Shown here: piece after piece, positions 10,054 to 19,974 of the stretch
Layout: every line of letters starts with the position of its first letter
Position numbering within the stretch: position 1 is the stretch's first letter
Virus record (IMG/VR): IMGVR_UViG_3300003543_000059
Location: 13,883-77,882 of that record
DNA from: a virus
Length of the DNA: 64,000 bases
Reading direction: 5' to 3' (one strand)
Position numbers and translations under genes: made by a program
Notes under the pieces: model-generated
What the model was told of the DNA's origin: nothing
Seen by the model: the letters and a program-made list of their open reading frames with translations, nothing else
The model's database searches: none

Positions 10054-10509
10054 ATGTTACTACACGAAATATTTGATAGACCTTTACCATACAAACAGGT
10101 AAGCTCTTCGTCACACAAAGATTCATTTGAATTTACCACATCTGGAGGTATTACAATCAATGTCAATGTGTTTAAGATTCCAGATTTTAGACAAGCTGGT
10201 GTTGATATTGATGGTGCTGGTATAGGGTTTGACTTCCAGAACACAGAATTTGAGGGTGATAAAGAAGGTATAACTGGCACTAGTGACGAGTTTGAAGTTT
10301 TTTCGACCGTGATAACCATCATTAGGAAAGCGTTGCTAGAACACGACCCTGAGTTGGTAGCATTTGGTGCTCATGAAGGTAACAGACAGTCGTTATACGA
10401 TAAAATGATTAAGTTTATGCAACGTAAATATTCTTATGAACTATTAGATACGCCTCCTGTGATGTTCCCATTGGGTGATTCCAAGTATTATGTGTTGAAA
10501 AAACTATGA
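10054..10509 (+). CDS. Hypothetical protein with MLLHEI leader (putative head cargo)
   Basis: RBS AGGAAGGA; N-terminal leader shared with other genes here. Confidence 0.65.
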   Translation: MLLHEIFDRPLPYKQVSSSSHKDSFEFTTSGGITINVNVFKIPDFRQAGVDIDGAGIGFDFQNTEFEGDKEGITGTSDEFEVFSTVITIIRKALLEHDPELVAFGAHEGNRQSLYDKMIKFMQRKYSYELLDTPPVMFPLGDSKYYVLKKL

Positions 10510-10877
10510 TAGAATTCAATCTATACAAAATATTTAATAACCCAGAAGAGCTGGATTTATATGATGGGATGGTTAATGGTAATGTGGATATATTCTGGGA
10601 TACGTATAAAGATAATGCTGATAAGCTTAAAACTAATGAAAATTTGATTTCTAGTCGAGCAGATTATTCATACAAATACGCTAAAAACATATTAGATGGA
10701 CAACGTTTCCCTAAAGGTGAAGATGCCATTGCCACTAATGCTGAATACGCATTTAGATATGCTAGAGATACGTTGAAAAAAAGATTTAAAAAAGGTGAGG
10801 ATGTCATCTATAAAAGTGAATATTCTGATATATATGACGATTTCCTCCAATCTTTAAAGAATATACCAGTAGATTGA
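10506..10877 (+). CDS. Helical-repeat protein, paralog of 9600
   Basis: NLY.IFNNPEEL..Y N-terminus; RFPKGEDAIA repeats. Confidence 0.75.
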   Translation: MIEFNLYKIFNNPEELDLYDGMVNGNVDIFWDTYKDNADKLKTNENLISSRADYSYKYAKNILDGQRFPKGEDAIATNAEYAFRYARDTLKKRFKKGEDVIYKSEYSDIYDDFLQSLKNIPVD

Positions 10878-10918
10878 TAAATAATATAAATACTTTAAAA
10901 ATATATAAAGGAAACACA

Positions 10919-11701
10919 ATGTTACTATTAGAAATATTCAAAAAAATGAGTCTTACCGAAACATTTGTAATGCTGTTGATGGAAGGTAAGCTTGACAAAA
11001 TGGCAGAAATGTATTCTGAAAAGTTGGAAGACCGTTTTGATAATGATAATCGAGTTCCCGCCAATATGAAAGCCAGATTAAGTCAAGGTGAGAACATTGC
11101 TGGTAATTTGATAAACCTATTTGCCGAAATTGACCCAACTCGTAAAAAAAGCAACGTTCAATGGATGATTATACAATATATTAAAGGTGAACATTTAGAA
11201 GATATTGACCATGCTAAAAGGGCATTAACCACACTTGAAAAATATAAAGGGAAAATAGCAAAGAATCAAATCATGCAATATAAAAGTATTGCTGAATTGA
11301 ATGCAGAAATTGAAAAGGTTATTAAAAGTGGTGATGTAAATGATTTAGACAACATTCCACCCGAAGAAGCCACGTATGTTGTGAATTCGCCTAACTTTAA
11401 AATCATTATACCTAAAACACATAAAGCTTCTTGTAAGTATGGTGCGTCAGGTTGGTGTACTACTAATGACGATGACCATTATTATAAAAATTATACTGGT
11501 CAAGGTGATTTATACATCATAATGGTTGGTGGTGGTACAGACCCTAAGAAATATCAATTATCTTATGAAGGCGGGGAATTTAATAACTCTCAAAATAAAC
11601 CTTTAACACAGCATGATATAGATACTTTGTCTAAATTTCCACAGTATAAAGATTTCTTGAACATGTTGATTAAAAAGCATTATTCTAAGTATTTCAAATA
11701 A
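10919..11701 (+). CDS. Late protein with SC.YG..WC motif (PcfJ-like, tentative)
   Basis: TATAAATA at 10885-10892 and AAGGA RBS support start 10919 (MLLLEIF); IIIPKTHKASCKYGASGWCT motif. Confidence 0.6.
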   Translation: MLLLEIFKKMSLTETFVMLLMEGKLDKMAEMYSEKLEDRFDNDNRVPANMKARLSQGENIAGNLINLFAEIDPTRKKSNVQWMIIQYIKGEHLEDIDHAKRALTTLEKYKGKIAKNQIMQYKSIAELNAEIEKVIKSGDVNDLDNIPPEEATYVVNSPNFKIIIPKTHKASCKYGASGWCTTNDDDHYYKNYTGQGDLYIIMVGGGTDPKKYQLSYEGGEFNNSQNKPLTQHDIDTLSKFPQYKDFLNMLIKKHYSKYFK

Positions 11702-11709
11702 TTAGTACC

Positions 11710-12243
11710 ATGACTTTCAAACAATATTTGGTTGAAAGTGGTGTACTAGATGACATTTTAGGTAGTTTCGATTCTGATTCTCAAGAGTCGCAGCTACCTA
11801 AAGCTCCACCACCTACTAACATTCCACCTCGAATTATACAAGCACCCAAACAAGATAAGTTTGTAGATTACTATTATGGTATGGAACTCAAGAAATTGCT
11901 ACGTGGTGAACCTATTACTATAAAAAATATTGCCGAACTTTATGCGTTTGATTATATGGCTCCTAGAGATAGCGTGACGTTAAATTTGTCAGTTGATGAC
12001 ATTGCAAAATATAAAGAATATGATATAACCCGTGAACAAGAACCTGAACGTTGGGGTAAATTGTATTCATCAATCAAAGCTAATGGGGTGCAAACCGCTG
12101 GCACCATAATTTTAGACCGGATTCATAATGGCAGTAATGCTGGAAGTGTTGGTGTATTGTTAGGTGAAGGTAATCATCGGTTAGCTATTAGTATAGCGTT
12201 GGGCTTAAAAACAATGCCTATAAATTTCAGCGTCAAAAAGTAA
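11710..12243 (+). CDS. ParB/Sulfiredoxin-fold protein with capsid-targeting-like leader
   Basis: L..SIKANG...I...EGNHRLA...LG...P ParB-N motif; starts MTFKQYLVE. Confidence 0.7.
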   Translation: MTFKQYLVESGVLDDILGSFDSDSQESQLPKAPPPTNIPPRIIQAPKQDKFVDYYYGMELKKLLRGEPITIKNIAELYAFDYMAPRDSVTLNLSVDDIAKYKEYDITREQEPERWGKLYSSIKANGVQTAGTIILDRIHNGSNAGSVGVLLGEGNHRLAISIALGLKTMPINFSVKK

Positions 12244-12251
12244 GACCCCAT

Positions 12252-12323
12252 CACAAAATTAAATTTGCAATTCTCTACCGTGTTGGTATAATAGACTCAA
12301 CTTAAACAAAGGTGAGCATCATG
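12252..12323 (+). promoter_or_regulatory. Early promoter/RBS element copy 1
   Basis: CACAAAATTAAA-TTTGCA-17-TATAAT with TG extension, then AGACTCAACTTAAAC..GGTGA..CATCATG. Confidence 0.85.
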
Positions 12324-12638
12324 GCTAAGAAAATATTCAAATTCATCAACACTGCGGGTCATGGTTATCTGGTAGTCCCAAACAAAATCATTAAAAAATA
12401 TCTTGAACTTCTTATTGACACAGATAAGTTATCTGATGTATCATACAGCTATTGGCAAAGAAAGAATTGCTATCTTGAAGAAGATGTTGAAGCTTATAAA
12501 TTTCTTGAATGGTATGAAAAAGATGTGGGCGTAAAGCCTTCCATTTCTGAAACATATCAAGAAGATATTCGTAAAACACGTCCAATAAATTGGGTGGTAG
12601 GTATCGACCAAGCTGATGGTTCGCATTGGATTATATAA
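12321..12638 (+). CDS. Hypothetical early protein
   Basis: First gene after the early element; GHG.L.V...YLEED motif. Confidence 0.7.
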   Translation: MAKKIFKFINTAGHGYLVVPNKIIKKYLELLIDTDKLSDVSYSYWQRKNCYLEEDVEAYKFLEWYEKDVGVKPSISETYQEDIRKTRPINWVVGIDQADGSHWII

Positions 12639-12862
12639 CCATGAATGAGTTATTACAATGGGAAATTGATTGGATTAATGCCCACCCAGAACGGTACGAA
12701 GGGACAATGCACAGGAAAGCTGTCATTGGAAATATAACAAAAATGTATCAACTCAGAGAAGTAAAAAAATTTATAAAACATTTTAATGATAATCTTGATA
12801 TTATACAACAAAATAAATACCAATCAATATAATAGCTATAACTTAACCAAAAAGGTAATGAT

Positions 12863-13150
12863 ATGAGCAATTACACATTTAAAACTTCCGTGGTCACTAT
12901 ACGTGATGTCGAGCATGAGGTTGTAGTGAATTTTGACTATTCACCACCGGAAGAAGAAAAATTCAATCCACTGGAAGGTATTGGGAATCCATATTCCCCA
13001 GCAGAAGTTTCTTTACTCAGTGTTGACACTGTACTTTTCAATGCTACAACTTTAAATTTTGTTGATGTCCCTGACCAACTACCTAAATCTGAATGGGATT
13101 TGTTGGAAATGAGAGCGTTTGACCATGTGGAAGAAGTGGAAGGTGAATAA
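12863..13150 (+). CDS. Hypothetical protein
   Basis: AAGG RBS; ORF. Confidence 0.6.
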   Translation: MSNYTFKTSVVTIRDVEHEVVVNFDYSPPEEEKFNPLEGIGNPYSPAEVSLLSVDTVLFNATTLNFVDVPDQLPKSEWDLLEMRAFDHVEEVEGE

Positions 13151-13557
13151 TGAACTTAATATTATCAGAACATGCAGCACACCGTTGGGAAGCAAGATTT
13201 CCTAATATAAATTTTTACGCTGTGGTACCAACAGCAATAAGGTTAACATCAAGATTCGCCAGAGTTTTCAGACAACGCCACGAAGATGCTTCTGGTTGCC
13301 TAGAGCGAAGAGATTATTACTACGTTTACGAGGCTGGGATTATTTTAGTCTGTCATGGTAAAATTGTGGTCACGGTTCTTAAAACATCTCGCGAAATGCA
13401 TGAGTTTCTTAACAGATGCCAATTGAAAAAAGAAAATTCTGCATTAAGACCACAATATAAATCTAAAACGTGTGGTATCATTAAACGTGAAAAACAAGCG
13501 AGACACGATAGAAGACCTCCTTCTAATCGTGATATACTAAACGAATACGCATTTTAA
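13150..13557 (+). CDS. Hypothetical protein, possible RelE/BECR-like fold
   Basis: LSEHA..RW..R ... IVVTVL pattern. Confidence 0.4.
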   Translation: MNLILSEHAAHRWEARFPNINFYAVVPTAIRLTSRFARVFRQRHEDASGCLERRDYYYVYEAGIILVCHGKIVVTVLKTSREMHEFLNRCQLKKENSALRPQYKSKTCGIIKREKQARHDRRPPSNRDILNEYAF

Positions 13558-13560
13558 TAT

Positions 13561-15159
13561 ATGACAATAATGGATAGTTGGGTATCAGAGCATACCCCAA
13601 GAATTTCCCAAGAAAAAGGGTTGGGGTGGTTAGAAGAACAAACCACCAAATATAATATAGTAGAAATGCCAGTCGGTGCTGGAAAGTCAACCTATGGATT
13701 AACATATTCAAATTGGCTTTCTGGTGATACTGGTGGTGATTCTTTTATACTAACACCTCAAAAAATCTTACAAGCTCAATATGAAACAGAAAAACTTTTA
13801 AAACCTAATGGGTTAGCTTCGCTGTACGGTAAAGCTAACTATTCATGTATGGATTTAGAAACATCTTGTGACCTTGGGTTGAAGTTTAAAGGTAAAGATT
13901 CATGTAAATATTGCATCTATAAAGCAGCCTTAGACCGTGCTGTACGAAGTAATAACTTGGTTCTGAACTACACGTTAGCCTTATTGATGTTTGGTTACAC
14001 TGGAGTGTTTGAGCCTCGTAAACTGATGATATGTGACGAAGCGCATAATCTTGAAAGCCAATTAGTAGATTTCAATTTAGTTTCGATTAACAGTAAACGG
14101 TTAGATATGCTAGGTATGGGTAAAAAGTTACCTGTGTTTGGTATAATTGATAGTGCATTTAACTGGCTCGATGATACCTATGAGCCTATATTGAAAGAAA
14201 AAGTTCTGCGTTTAGAAGATGAAGCAGAAGATATTGTTGAATACACAATGCCTAAGATGATGAAGCCGGAAGAACGATATGTTCTAAAGATGGCTGAAAA
14301 ACTTCGTAATCATTTAGATGTGGTTAACACATTTTTAAACAAAGGGTTAGATGTTATTGGTAAAGATTTTGTATTGATGTCTGATGATGATACATTGCAG
14401 TTTAAATCTATCTACGGTAAAACAAATTTCCGTGAAATGTTAGACCCAATGGCAGACAAATTTTTGTTTATGTCTGGTACCATCATTGATAAAAATGAAT
14501 ACAGCAAAAGCCTTGGGCTAGACCCTGATGAAGTTTCGTTCTTATCGCTTGATTCAGAATTTTCATCTTCGAATAGACCTGTAGTTTATATGGGTGGTAC
14601 AAAAGTTAACGCTAAATGGATGCAACCCGAAAATGATGCAGGTAGAGATAAGTATCTTGATAACATTAAAGAGATACTATCACTACACAAAAACGAAAAA
14701 GGCATCATACACACTGGAAACTTTAAAATAGCTGAATGGTTGGTGGAACGATTAGAAGATGGGAACCACACGATTTACCATCATAATCCTGGTTCCGACC
14801 ATAAAAGAGAAGCTATAATCAAAGCATACTTATTAGACCCTAAACCAAGCATCATGATTTCTCCATCAATGACAGAAGGTGTTGATTTGAAAAATGATTT
14901 GGGTAGGTTTGCTATCATTGCTAAATTAGCATTCCCTTATCTTGGCGATAAATGGATTAAAAAACGTTTAGAATTATCACAAGAATGGTATGCTATTGAA
15001 GTTGTGAAAGCAATGATTCAAGGGTGTGGTCGTGTAGTGAGGTCTAAGACTGATTTAGGTACATGTTATATCGTTGATGAATCGTGGGCTTACTTCTATC
15101 GTAAGAACGCTCATTTGTTCCCTAAATGGTGGCGTGAAGCTTACGTTGTGATAGATTAA
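13561..15159 (+). CDS. DinG/XPD-family SF2 helicase
   Basis: EMPVGAGKS, four Cys (Fe-S), DEAH, MSGT, EGVD, QGCGRVVRS. Confidence 0.9.
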   Translation: MTIMDSWVSEHTPRISQEKGLGWLEEQTTKYNIVEMPVGAGKSTYGLTYSNWLSGDTGGDSFILTPQKILQAQYETEKLLKPNGLASLYGKANYSCMDLETSCDLGLKFKGKDSCKYCIYKAALDRAVRSNNLVLNYTLALLMFGYTGVFEPRKLMICDEAHNLESQLVDFNLVSINSKRLDMLGMGKKLPVFGIIDSAFNWLDDTYEPILKEKVLRLEDEAEDIVEYTMPKMMKPEERYVLKMAEKLRNHLDVVNTFLNKGLDVIGKDFVLMSDDDTLQFKSIYGKTNFREMLDPMADKFLFMSGTIIDKNEYSKSLGLDPDEVSFLSLDSEFSSSNRPVVYMGGTKVNAKWMQPENDAGRDKYLDNIKEILSLHKNEKGIIHTGNFKIAEWLVERLEDGNHTIYHHNPGSDHKREAIIKAYLLDPKPSIMISPSMTEGVDLKNDLGRFAIIAKLAFPYLGDKWIKKRLELSQEWYAIEVVKAMIQGCGRVVRSKTDLGTCYIVDESWAYFYRKNAHLFPKWWREAYVVID

Positions 15160-15161
15160 TT

Positions 15162-15452
15162 ATGAATAAAGATATTTTTGTATTTGCTGTCGGGATAAAC
15201 GCATTCTATGATTTTAAAATGAATGAGCTTGATGGTAACGAGCCTTATCGTATACCTAGAATGGTTTATGTTGGTAATGTTAATGCTTGTAGAGGTATTG
15301 CTAAACCAACAATCATCATTCTTGATGGTGCTGAACATAATAAAAGATATAACGCAGAATTCTTTAAAGGATTGATTGATATACCATTTAGCGACATTGA
15401 CCGAATGATATTAGAAAATTTTCAGATTAAAATCTTGCAAACTTATTTGTAG
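15162..15452 (+). CDS. Hypothetical protein
   Basis: Coupled ORF. Confidence 0.55.
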   Translation: MNKDIFVFAVGINAFYDFKMNELDGNEPYRIPRMVYVGNVNACRGIAKPTIIILDGAEHNKRYNAEFFKGLIDIPFSDIDRMILENFQIKILQTYL

Positions 15453-15496
15453 CTGTTATAATAGACCCATCTTAAACAAAAACGGTGACTGTTATG
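15431..15496 (+). promoter_or_regulatory. Early promoter/RBS element copy 2
   Basis: CTTGCA-17-TATAAT (TGTTATAAT), AGACCCATCTTAAAC..GGTGA. Confidence 0.75.
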
Positions 15497-15772
15497 CAAA
15501 CTGATGAAGAACGTGAAGAATCAATAAAAAACCACATTCAAGGTCTTATTAGCGATTTGAACTGTATGTCAATTGATGATGAACAGTTAGCGAAAGTTAT
15601 ATCGTCAACCATCAACAGCAATCACCGCACGTTGCAACAATCTTTCTTTCGTGTACTCAAAGGTGCCATTGAACATTATGGTAAATACGCATACACTGAC
15701 CAACGCAATGAAGCATCAAGAGATTGGTGTAATGAAGCGTCAAAGGTAGAAATGAACATTCCATTCATTTAA
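15494..15772 (+). CDS. Hypothetical early protein
   Basis: HRTLQQSFFR...D.RNEAS motif; first gene after the early element. Confidence 0.7.
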   Translation: MQTDEEREESIKNHIQGLISDLNCMSIDDEQLAKVISSTINSNHRTLQQSFFRVLKGAIEHYGKYAYTDQRNEASRDWCNEASKVEMNIPFI

Positions 15773-15793
15773 GGTTAACAATAGGGGATTGAT

Positions 15794-16618
15794 ATGTCTA
15801 GTCAAAGAGAACCAAGACGTAGATACGGTGATACAACAGGTTTAGGGCAACGTGAATTGTCTGAATTGCCTACAGTACCATTAACGGCTTTAGACGTTAT
15901 AAAGGCTGCTGAAATAGTGTTAGCCAATGAACGCAAAAGAACACAGAACTTATATGGAAACCATTAATGCGATTTGAACTAACAGATGAACAATTTGACC
16001 AGTATATAATTTGGCAACGTGCCCACAAATGCACAGTTAGAGATGTTGGTGCCATTGGCGGTAAGATTACATTTGAATTCACTCCTACTGGATTAGGTGT
16101 GATACAAATGGTTAAATGTGTCTGCGGAAAAACATTAAACTTAACTAACACGGATGATTGGTGATGAAGAAAGCGTTTTGTGATTATTGTAATACTGAAA
16201 TCACCGAAACTAATAATGGAAATTCTACTATAAAACCAAGGAAACTTGACGAGTTGAATTTGGAAGTGTTAGTGTATCCTAAAGGTTCCCCCCTCGTGCG
16301 TGGTGATGTATGTAAACCATGTTTGTTAAAACTTGTAACAGAATTTTGTAGGTGAAGATAATGGCTAAAAAATTAAAAGTGTGGGGTGGAATGACGTTTC
16401 GAATTAGTAAATCTTCCAGAACGATTGTTGCTGCTTACACGAAAAAACGAGCTATGGAGCTTCTTGGTTTAACGCCACACGCAATGAAAGAGTATTGGTC
16501 TATAACTGGTAACAAGGTTGAAATTGAGGTAGCTACTGGAACCCCAGAAACGGTTTTTTGTGCTGTCAGAGATGGTTATTCACTAACAGTTGAAGAATTT
16601 GTAGCGTTCGAGAAGTAG
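15794..16618 (+). other. Run of small coupled hypothetical genes (15794-15967 not in track, 15967-16164, ~16164-16355, ~16361-16618)
   Basis: Overlapping stop/start codons; some carry CxC or CxxC motifs. Confidence 0.55.
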
Positions 16619-16620
16619 TT

Positions 16621-16694
16621 CACACAAATAAATTTGCAATCTGTTCACCGTTTGGTATAATAGTACCAACTTCAACGAAATGGTGAGCAACATG
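16621..16694 (+). promoter_or_regulatory. Early promoter/RBS element copy 3
   Basis: CACACAAATAAA-TTTGCA-17-TATAAT (TGGTATAAT)...CAACTTCAACGAAATGGTGA. Confidence 0.85.
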
Positions 16695-16985
16695 TTATCA
16701 AAAACCACAACAAATTATGCCAATAAACGTGGCTTAGATGTTACAAACCATATCATCAATGAAGACGGTACATTCAAAAACGTGACAAACACTATTTGGG
16801 TATGGGAAGACGACAACGTTTCAGAGCCTTTATTCATATACACCTCTAATGACGATGGTTCATTCACATTGCACGGTAACATATATCTTGCTGATTCAAT
16901 CAAAGAAGAACTCCCAGCTCACATTAAAGACGAAAAACATCTTAGAGAAGTATTGGCGTTTGTTGCGAAAGAATTAACTGCGTAA
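16692..16985 (+). CDS. Hypothetical early protein
   Basis: First gene after the early element. Confidence 0.7.
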   Translation: MLSKTTTNYANKRGLDVTNHIINEDGTFKNVTNTIWVWEDDNVSEPLFIYTSNDDGSFTLHGNIYLADSIKEELPAHIKDEKHLREVLAFVAKELTA

Positions 16986-17031
16986 ATCCTACTGATTTGA
17001 TAAATATTGATTAAACATAAAGGGTATCATC

Positions 17032-17652
17032 ATGGATAAGCAAACAACATTTAAAGAGTTTTTAACTGAAAGTTCTTTAACAAGAGTATATCAACATTCT
17101 AAACAACATGCTATTGGCACTATCACTGCGTTTAGATATGGTTATGAAGACGAAGATGGAGAAACCATACCATATACCAAACGGGAAAATAAACAGCGTA
17201 ATAAATCTCTGTTAGCAAAACTATTAAGATATGGATACAGTATTACAGCAGTTAAAGGCACCTACATTGAAAATTACAATTCAGACGATGCTAGGGAAGT
17301 TGCTGAAGATGTATATTTAGTTGTAGATATAGGAGAACGTAACGATTTGAGAAAGAATTTGAAAAAACTTGGTGTTGAATTTGACCAAGATTCAATTTTG
17401 TTTGTTCCCAAAGGTGCTCAACGTGGTGAATTAATTGGTACCAACCATACGGGGTTCCCAGGTTTTGATAAGATAAATTATCTGAAAAATCCTATTTTTG
17501 GTAGAAATGGTGAATTCTATACAAGAGTTAATGGTAGACCATTTATTCTAAAAGAATCAACATCATTTGTCGAGAAACCAGTGAAAGGTTGGGGTAGAAA
17601 CTATTCGATTAAATTGACCGCAGAAAAATCTTGGCAAGAAATCGAAGTTTGA
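17032..17652 (+). CDS. Late protein with TFKEFLTE leader (DUF3293-like, tentative)
   Basis: GATAAATA at 16999; ITAFR...N..RN..L...G.Y.E...FDQDSILF. Confidence 0.65.
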   Translation: MDKQTTFKEFLTESSLTRVYQHSKQHAIGTITAFRYGYEDEDGETIPYTKRENKQRNKSLLAKLLRYGYSITAVKGTYIENYNSDDAREVAEDVYLVVDIGERNDLRKNLKKLGVEFDQDSILFVPKGAQRGELIGTNHTGFPGFDKINYLKNPIFGRNGEFYTRVNGRPFILKESTSFVEKPVKGWGRNYSIKLTAEKSWQEIEV

Positions 17653-17661
17653 TAACTCTAT

Positions 17662-17735
17662 CACACAAATAAATTTGTAATTTGTTCCCCGTTTGGTATA
17701 ATGGTACCAACTTCAACCAAACGGGGAACATCATG
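17662..17735 (+). promoter_or_regulatory. Early promoter/RBS element copy 4
   Basis: CACACAAATAAA-TTTGTA-17-TATAAT...CAACTTCAACCAAACGGGGAACATCATG. Confidence 0.85.
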
Positions 17736-18880
17736 AACACTATTCCAGCTTTACCTAACAAAGATAAATTGTTATCTTTGTTATCTGATGGTTATGTGGG
17801 GATTCCTAATTGGTCAGATGAAGAACAGCAAGAAGTGTATGCAGCGTTAAAATCGTTGTCATTCCATTGCTACAGAACAGAAAAATTTTTGGAGATAAAT
17901 ATTGACTGAAGAAGCTGCACTATATTCACCACAAGATGTTATTGACCTTAGAAACGAACTTGGCTGTTCGTTAATGGAGGCTAAACGGGTGTTTGATATA
18001 AAAATGTTGGTGATTGAGATTACCCAAGCTAAAACACTTGAAGATTTAAAGCCTGTGTTATTGAAAATAGTTACTATGTTATGAAACTGTTTGTAGATGA
18101 ATTAGAAGCTGCTGAAGTTGGCTATGCTGAATTAATACGTATAGGCAAAGAGCAGAATGCTGACCATTATGCACCTTTTGAATTTGAAGGTACCAATGGT
18201 GGTGCTGCTGTATTGTGGAAAGATGGATTGATAATAGCTTATTTTCTGATAGTAAGAAATGAAAATAACTATTCAATATTGATACAAAATGAAATAGAAG
18301 GTGGTTACGATGCCAAAGAAAACGATTAGTACCACGTTAACCGTGGACAAACAGAAGTTAAGAGATGAACAATTTCTAGATATTCACCATGAAGTGTCAC
18401 TAGACGTTGATGCACCTGGTATTGACATTTGGACGTTCCCAGACGGTAGCCATGACGGTGAATTGATATGGGCGTATTTGCCTGAAATTGTTGATAACCT
18501 GTTAGAATATGAAGAATTCGAAGAGTTCATCATTGATGATTGGATTAGCGCATTCAAAGACGAAATCAAAAAGATGGAAGCTTACAAAGCCAAACTTCAA
18601 GATAAAACCAATGATTCCGAATAGACCAATGACCCTTCATGGTGTCCAGATATTCATAGCATCCCCTGTAACGGTTCCTAACTATCGTATTGATGATAAG
18701 GTTCAGTTGGGTGATGAATATCGAAAATATATCAATGAGTGGCTTTATGACTTCTTTGGTGGTACCATCATTGAAGTCGTTGAAGATGATGTGACTTTTA
18801 AAGCTCCTGAAGGGTTGGTAATGAATCAGAAAACTTATAACAAACTTGAAGTACAACTGGACTACCTGAATCACATATAA
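17733..18880 (+). other. Run of five small coupled early hypothetical genes (17733-17909, 17902-18084, 18081-18329, 18310-18624, 18611-18880)
   Basis: Overlapping ORFs downstream of early element copy 4. Confidence 0.6.
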
Positions 18881-18889
18881 TTACAATCC

Positions 18890-18919
18890 ACTCATGCGTT
18901 TATAAATAAAGGCATGAGT
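18890..18919 (+). promoter_or_regulatory. Late promoter TATAAATA (18901-18908) in a hairpin burying the TerS start codon
   Basis: ACTCATGC (18890-18897) pairs with GCATGAGT (18912-18919). Confidence 0.7.
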
Positions 18920-19339
18920 AAAGCTATAGACAACGCATTTGACATAGAACCATATGACCCAGAATCAACTGAATTGATTGATTATGCTGAGATGGCAAAC
19001 TTGCCTTCTGTAAATGTAATTCACCCCGATTATGATATAAAAGATTCTGAAATTGAAGACCAATTTCAAGAAGTTTATGATAAAGCTATGACTGCATTTG
19101 ACACTCAGGTTGATGCTACTGAAGATATTGAGGGTAAATATCTCGCTCGTAATTCTGAAGTTGCCAACCAACTACTAACAACAGCACTTCAAGCTGCCAA
19201 AGAAAAAGCCAGTCTTAAACAACATTCCGACCATCTTAAAATCAAAAAAGACATTAAAGGCAATACTACCAACATTCAAAACAATGTCATGATGGACAGA
19301 AATGAACTGTTGAAGATGATGAAAGGTGATATTGAGTAA
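18914..19339 (+). CDS. Terminase small subunit (putative)
   Basis: Helical core with EVA.QLL and a C-terminal TTNIQNNV...RNELLK motif as in T4-like gp16; upstream of TerL. Confidence 0.7.
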   Translation: MSKAIDNAFDIEPYDPESTELIDYAEMANLPSVNVIHPDYDIKDSEIEDQFQEVYDKAMTAFDTQVDATEDIEGKYLARNSEVANQLLTTALQAAKEKASLKQHSDHLKIKKDIKGNTTNIQNNVMMDRNELLKMMKGDIE

Positions 19340-19379
19340 TTATATATACTAATGTGTTCAATCAAATTAGGTATATATC

Positions 19380-19916
19380 ATGAACAAAGTTCCTTCCCCC
19401 GTAGATTTTTATAAACAAAATTTAACATGGTTTGACCACAAACTATACAATCTAGACGCATACGACCCTGAACAATCATTAAATAAAAAAATTCATTTTT
19501 TCGGTGATAGACGTGCTGGCAATACGTACACGCTATTGTTAACGGTTCTTCATAATTTATTAACCAATCCTAATAAGCAAATGGTTTTTATGCGTAGTTT
19601 CACTATACTTGTGACTGATGATATGTTTAGAACTTTATATGAAATGTATAAAGAGCTAGAAGAAACTACCCCAAATTTTCAAATGTTTAACACCATAGTG
19701 GCTAGAACTAGATATTCTATTACTTTTAGTAATGGTAGTTATCTTAAAAAAATGGGTAAAGATTTACCCATTGCTATGCGTGGGTTATATGGTTATGATT
19801 TTTGGTTTGTTGGTGATGAAACCAACATGTATAAACCTGAAGATTTTAGAATCATCGAAGAAGCTAAATGCAATCTTACATATAGGTACAATCTAAGAGA
19901 GCTATACGCCAACTGA
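19380..19916 (+). CDS. Degenerate terminase-ATPase-like protein
   Basis: RRAGNT ~ RQxGKT; SITFSNGS ~ SVGFDNGC; MRGL..VGDE ~ ARGL..FADE. Confidence 0.55.
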   Translation: MNKVPSPVDFYKQNLTWFDHKLYNLDAYDPEQSLNKKIHFFGDRRAGNTYTLLLTVLHNLLTNPNKQMVFMRSFTILVTDDMFRTLYEMYKELEETTPNFQMFNTIVARTRYSITFSNGSYLKKMGKDLPIAMRGLYGYDFWFVGDETNMYKPEDFRIIEEAKCNLTYRYNLRELYAN

Positions 19917-19932
19917 AAATAACATCATTTAC

Positions 19933-19971
19933 AAAATCCTTGTATAAATATCAGACAATTACAAGGATTTT
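19933..19971 (+). promoter_or_regulatory. Late promoter TATAAATA (19943-19950) in a perfect 12-bp hairpin burying the TerL RBS
   Basis: AAAATCCTTGTA / TACAAGGATTTT; GTG start at 19975. Confidence 0.8.
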
Positions 19972-19974
19972 AAT

